A DNA stretch of 64,000 nucleotides, taken from Yuukianura sp. NJ FZ-2021 (taxonomy: Eukaryota). Below the pieces are notes generated by a model. The model was not told the origin of the DNA, searched no databases, and worked only from the letters and a program-made list of their open reading frames with translations. Every line of letters begins with the position of its first letter. Positions within the stretch are counted from its first letter, which is position 1. Positions 60,298-64,000 of this stretch are shown here, piece by piece. Where the stretch lies: contig CM102284.1 of the NCBI GenBank assembly GCA_046563655.1, positions 3,844,001 to 3,908,000 of the forward strand. Direction: 5' to 3'. Both the position numbers and the translations under genes were made by a program.

Positions 60298-62944
60298 ACT
60301 CTGCATTAGTCCATTCAATTGCTCCACGCGATTCCATCATCGTGATTTATAAGTGCTAATTGTTACTATTTAGTTAAATTTAGTCGTTCAATTACCAATA
60401 TAATTCGGTCAAGTTAATTTAATTTGGTAGAAATCTCAATTCGACCGTAACCAGTCCTGCTTCAGTCCTTAATTCCTTGTATCGATCATAAAGTACCAGT
60501 TACACAAAAATTTTGTGTTTTTAGAAGAACAAAAATTGTCAGCGTTTTTCGAAATATCAGACGCGTCTTATAGGCGAGGAAATACGGTAATTGTAAGATT
60601 TTCCAAAGATGAATTCGTTTTGTTTTGCATCAGGTTACTTTTGTTTTTGTGGGTTTTAAGGTGAACTAACTTAATGTTAACTTAATGTTAATGTTGTATA
60701 AACTAATTTAAAATCACTTAAACTTTGTTATTAGATAGCACTTGCTCTCAGAAGCAGCGCTATTCCCGTTTTAAGTCCCTCCTTAGCTTTATTCCTACAG
60801 TTTGGAATAAATGTTATGAGAACTGATTTTAAATGGGTTTCAACAGGTAGGTCCTACATTTTTTTTCTGTTTTGCAGACTCATTGTCTGTTTTTGGTTAG
60901 GGAAGGGTGTGACAGGTTGGTTGACCTGTTTTCGCAGGTCACTCTTCTTTCAAGGTCACTTCAGACCCCTTTCTTCCTTTGAATTTTGAATGGACAAAAA
61001 CGAAGGGTTTTTGAAGAATTGCCTCACAATTGTGTAAGATTTTCGGTTTTTGAACCAGTTTCTTTGTCAGAGATGCCGACCACCCATTGGCACTCAAAAA
61101 CAAGCTAACACTTTGCTTGCTTTTGGCAGCTACAAGTTGCTTGATTAATTGACACTTTACTTGAACATTGAAATTGAGTTCCAAAATTATTACATGAATT
61201 TCAAAAAAAGTACTCTTACATGAATTTCGAAAAATATGTTGTTTGATCAGCGATTATGATAGGTAGGTGTAGGTTAGACTAATTTATTTAATGACTTTAA
61301 GTAAGTTCCATTAGTTGAGCAACTAATGAATCATGTAGCGTGTGAAAACTGCTAAGCATTTCCTGAGAAAATCTCACACTTACTACGCTTTAAACCAATT
61401 TTTTTTAAATCCGTTTAAAAATGACTCACCTTGAAAAAACTCTGAAATTGCGACGTTATTTTTTTGAAAATGTGGAATGGGAAAACAAAATCTTAGTTTA
61501 ATCTTCGCCTAACCTTAACCTTAGCCTTAACCGTAACCCTGTCTACATTTTTTGAAATTCTGAAAATCAAATGTTTTTGAAAAAAAGAGTTAATGCTTGT
61601 CCCACTTAAAGAGATGATTACAGGTACATAGCAAGTGGAATTTTGAAATCTTTTGAAGTTTTCCTCCAAGATGTGTGTCATGGGTGAAGGTCAAGGTCAG
61701 CCTAAGATCTCCATCCTTTGACTAAATTGTTTCCTCTGATTACGCATGGAGGGAACGAAGATTTGATGGGCCTTAAACCTTAATTTCTCTTTTGTTCCGT
61801 TGCATGTTCCCAGGGACCCCTTCAACTTTTTGAAGCCTTAACCCATCATATATGCCTTAAAACCTAACCTAAACCTTCTAAAGATTTCCAAAATTCTTGA
61901 TCTTCCTGAACACTTGTTATTTTTGAAGGAAGTAACTAAAGAGGGGGAGATAGAGAGGACCAACATCCTTTGTTGATTGTGTAACATTATGCTGTAGCCT
62001 TACAAAAAACCAGGCCAAAAGGCTTTTGTTCTTTTCCCATAGCTTTTTCAAAAAATTCAGGGAGGATTTTGTAAAGATTTTTTTGAAATTTCAAAATTGC
62101 GTCCCTCTGGGCCGTGGGGATGGAAAAAGTCTATTGAAATGTCACCCTCTTCTGTTCAAAAAGTGTAAAGAATTGAAAGTCTTTGGGCGTTACTCAGGGA
62201 AAAAATGGTATAAATCCAGTGGGAATTCCAGTGATGTTGGCACAGTAGAGATGTAGTCACCACATCTTCAAGATCTGATCTTCCTGATCTGGAAGATCAC
62301 TTTTCCTTGTGTCCTCTGTACATACTACTTTGTAAAGTCGTTTTACTATTTTTTACTAACTTTAATTCTTAACGTGTCAGTAGGCTTTACGTAATAAGAT
62401 TCAAATTCCCTAGAGAATTCATGGGAGATTCACAATGCAGATTGAGGATCTCCTTAATGTCTGTTCAAGCAGGAATTCAATTTAAATTCACTTTTAGTTT
62501 TGAAGAGGACACTCAATTCATAAAACGGTAAGATATCCTGTTTATGGTTTATCAAAATTATAGTAATTTTCAATACACTGTTAAGTTTTCATATTTTTAA
62601 ATTACGAAATTATTGGTTAGTGGAAAATGCGCAGTCAGAGGTGTTAAGTGGACTCATTATTTTTTAATAGGTCTCGTGCTAAATCTCCGCCCGCTTCTTT
62701 TGCATTCTAAAAATAAACTTTCATCTCTCACAATCAGCGATCATGGGATGATCCGTCCAGTTCTACTTTTCTAACAAACAACACAACCAACAACAAAGTA
62801 AGCAAACTTTAGCCTAACTTAAGATACCCTAACTTTACTAACCTTAAATTGCTAAATATTTTGGAAATTCGACATTTCAGTTCAAAATTTTTAGCATATT
62901 TTGATTTTTAAATTTCCAGTGCTACTATTCGTTTCGAGTTACCG

Positions 62945-64000
62945 ATGCTTCCCACCTCACTGTCACTTTGCGGAGTTTTTGCCGCCATTTTCCTGTCGTA
63001 CATCACTTGGCTCATCTACAAACGTATTCAGCACTTTCAATTGTTTCGATCTCTCGGAATTCCTGGACCACAACCTTCATACATCTTCGGCAACATCCGT
63101 GATCTACGATATTCCAAAGGCCTGTCTCCTATAGATGTCCAAGGCACTTGGTCCAAGCAGTTCGGAAGCATCTATGGCTACTTCTCCGGAGCAATTCCAG
63201 TCATCGTCATTCAGGATCTGGACATAGTCAAGGACGTCCTTATCAGAAATGCTCAGAAGTTCATCAATCGACCTAAACTGGTGGTCAACACCAAACCAGT
63301 GTCTCATACTCTCGTAGGACTCAGAGGTCAACGATGGAAAGACGTTCGGTCTGTCCTTACTCCTACGTTTTCTGCCTCCAAGATGCGTCAGATGAGTCCG
63401 CTCATGTCACAAAGTCTAACAGAAACGCTGGAAATACTGGACAGGCTCAAAGATTCTTCCGAAGGATTCGATGTCGTTTCATTGTATCAAGGCCTCACTT
63501 GCGATGTCATCAGCAAATGTGCTCTAGCAATGAAAGTTAACTGCCAGGCTGATCCGAACGACCAGTTCCTGTCAGCCGTCAAGGGGTTTCTGGCGCATGC
63601 GCTGAATCCTGTTGTGATCTTTGCCGTCTGTTTTCCCATCGTTGGCAAAGTCCTTGGGATGATCGTCAATCGATTTGCAGTTTCTGGTCAGATGACGACG
63701 ATGATCATAGAAAACGTGGCGAAGGTGCTGAAATTCCGGAGAGAGGAGGCTGCAAAAGATGTTTTGGAGGGAAGATCAACTGGCCAAGCAAAGTACTTGG
63801 ACGTTCTGCAACTGATGATTGACGCAGCTGAATTCAACGAAGAGCGACGTCAACTGACGGATGACGAGATCATTGCCAATGCCTGGGTCTTTGTCCTGGG
63901 AGGATTTGAAACAACTGCAAGTGCTATGGCATTTACAACGTATCTCCTTACGCTTCATCCCGATGTTCAGGAACGTCTGTTTCAAGAACTCCAGTCTGCA
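62945..64000 (+). CDS. Cytochrome P450, clan 3 (CYP3-like), 3' end outside window
   Basis: ORF absent from the track because it has no stop in the window. N-terminal TM anchor, GIPGPQPSYIFGNI, C-helix WKDVR, PTFSASKMR, I-helix AWVFVLGGFETTA, LTLHPDVQERL. Probable 5'UTR intron about 62798-62918. Confidence 0.92.
   Translation, partial: MLPTSLSLCGVFAAIFLSYITWLIYKRIQHFQLFRSLGIPGPQPSYIFGNIRDLRYSKGLSPIDVQGTWSKQFGSIYGYFSGAIPVIVIQDLDIVKDVLIRNAQKFINRPKLVVNTKPVSHTLVGLRGQRWKDVRSVLTPTFSASKMRQMSPLMSQSLTETLEILDRLKDSSEGFDVVSLYQGLTCDVISKCALAMKVNCQADPNDQFLSAVKGFLAHALNPVVIFAVCFPIVGKVLGMIVNRFAVSGQMTTMIIENVAKVLKFRREEAAKDVLEGRSTGQAKYLDVLQLMIDAAEFNEERRQLTDDEIIANAWVFVLGGFETTASAMAFTTYLLTLHPDVQERLFQELQSA

Overview
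Eukaryotic, gene-dense animal DNA with short GT-AG introns. It is arthropod-like; a soil hexapod such as a springtail is a guess, not something the sequence shows. Gene order: CTU1 (+, 5' truncated), MUL1-like (-), CARHSP1/CSDC2-like (+), ZNF277-like (-), SLC16/MCT transporter (-), NOP9 (-), CCT8 (+), ALDH1/2-type dehydrogenase (+), a bacterial-type GNAT acetyltransferase with an intron-free CDS (+), IQUB-like (-), calcineurin A with a 15.4 kb first intron (-), TM9SF3 (+) and a clan-3 cytochrome P450 (+, 3' truncated). At least six non-autonomous TIR elements are present, several filled with arrays of short motifs. Three observations stand out. (1) A likely horizontally acquired GNAT gene carries a TATA box and a 5'UTR intron. 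(2) Calcineurin shows hidden isoform potential: a frame-preserving cassette exon with an RRLS site, a candidate microexon, and a CnAbeta1-like intron read-through that removes the autoinhibitory domain. (3) A diverged intronic duplication preserves the empty insertion site of a hAT-type MITE. All calls are from manual reading and exon boundaries are hand-derived. No database searches were run.
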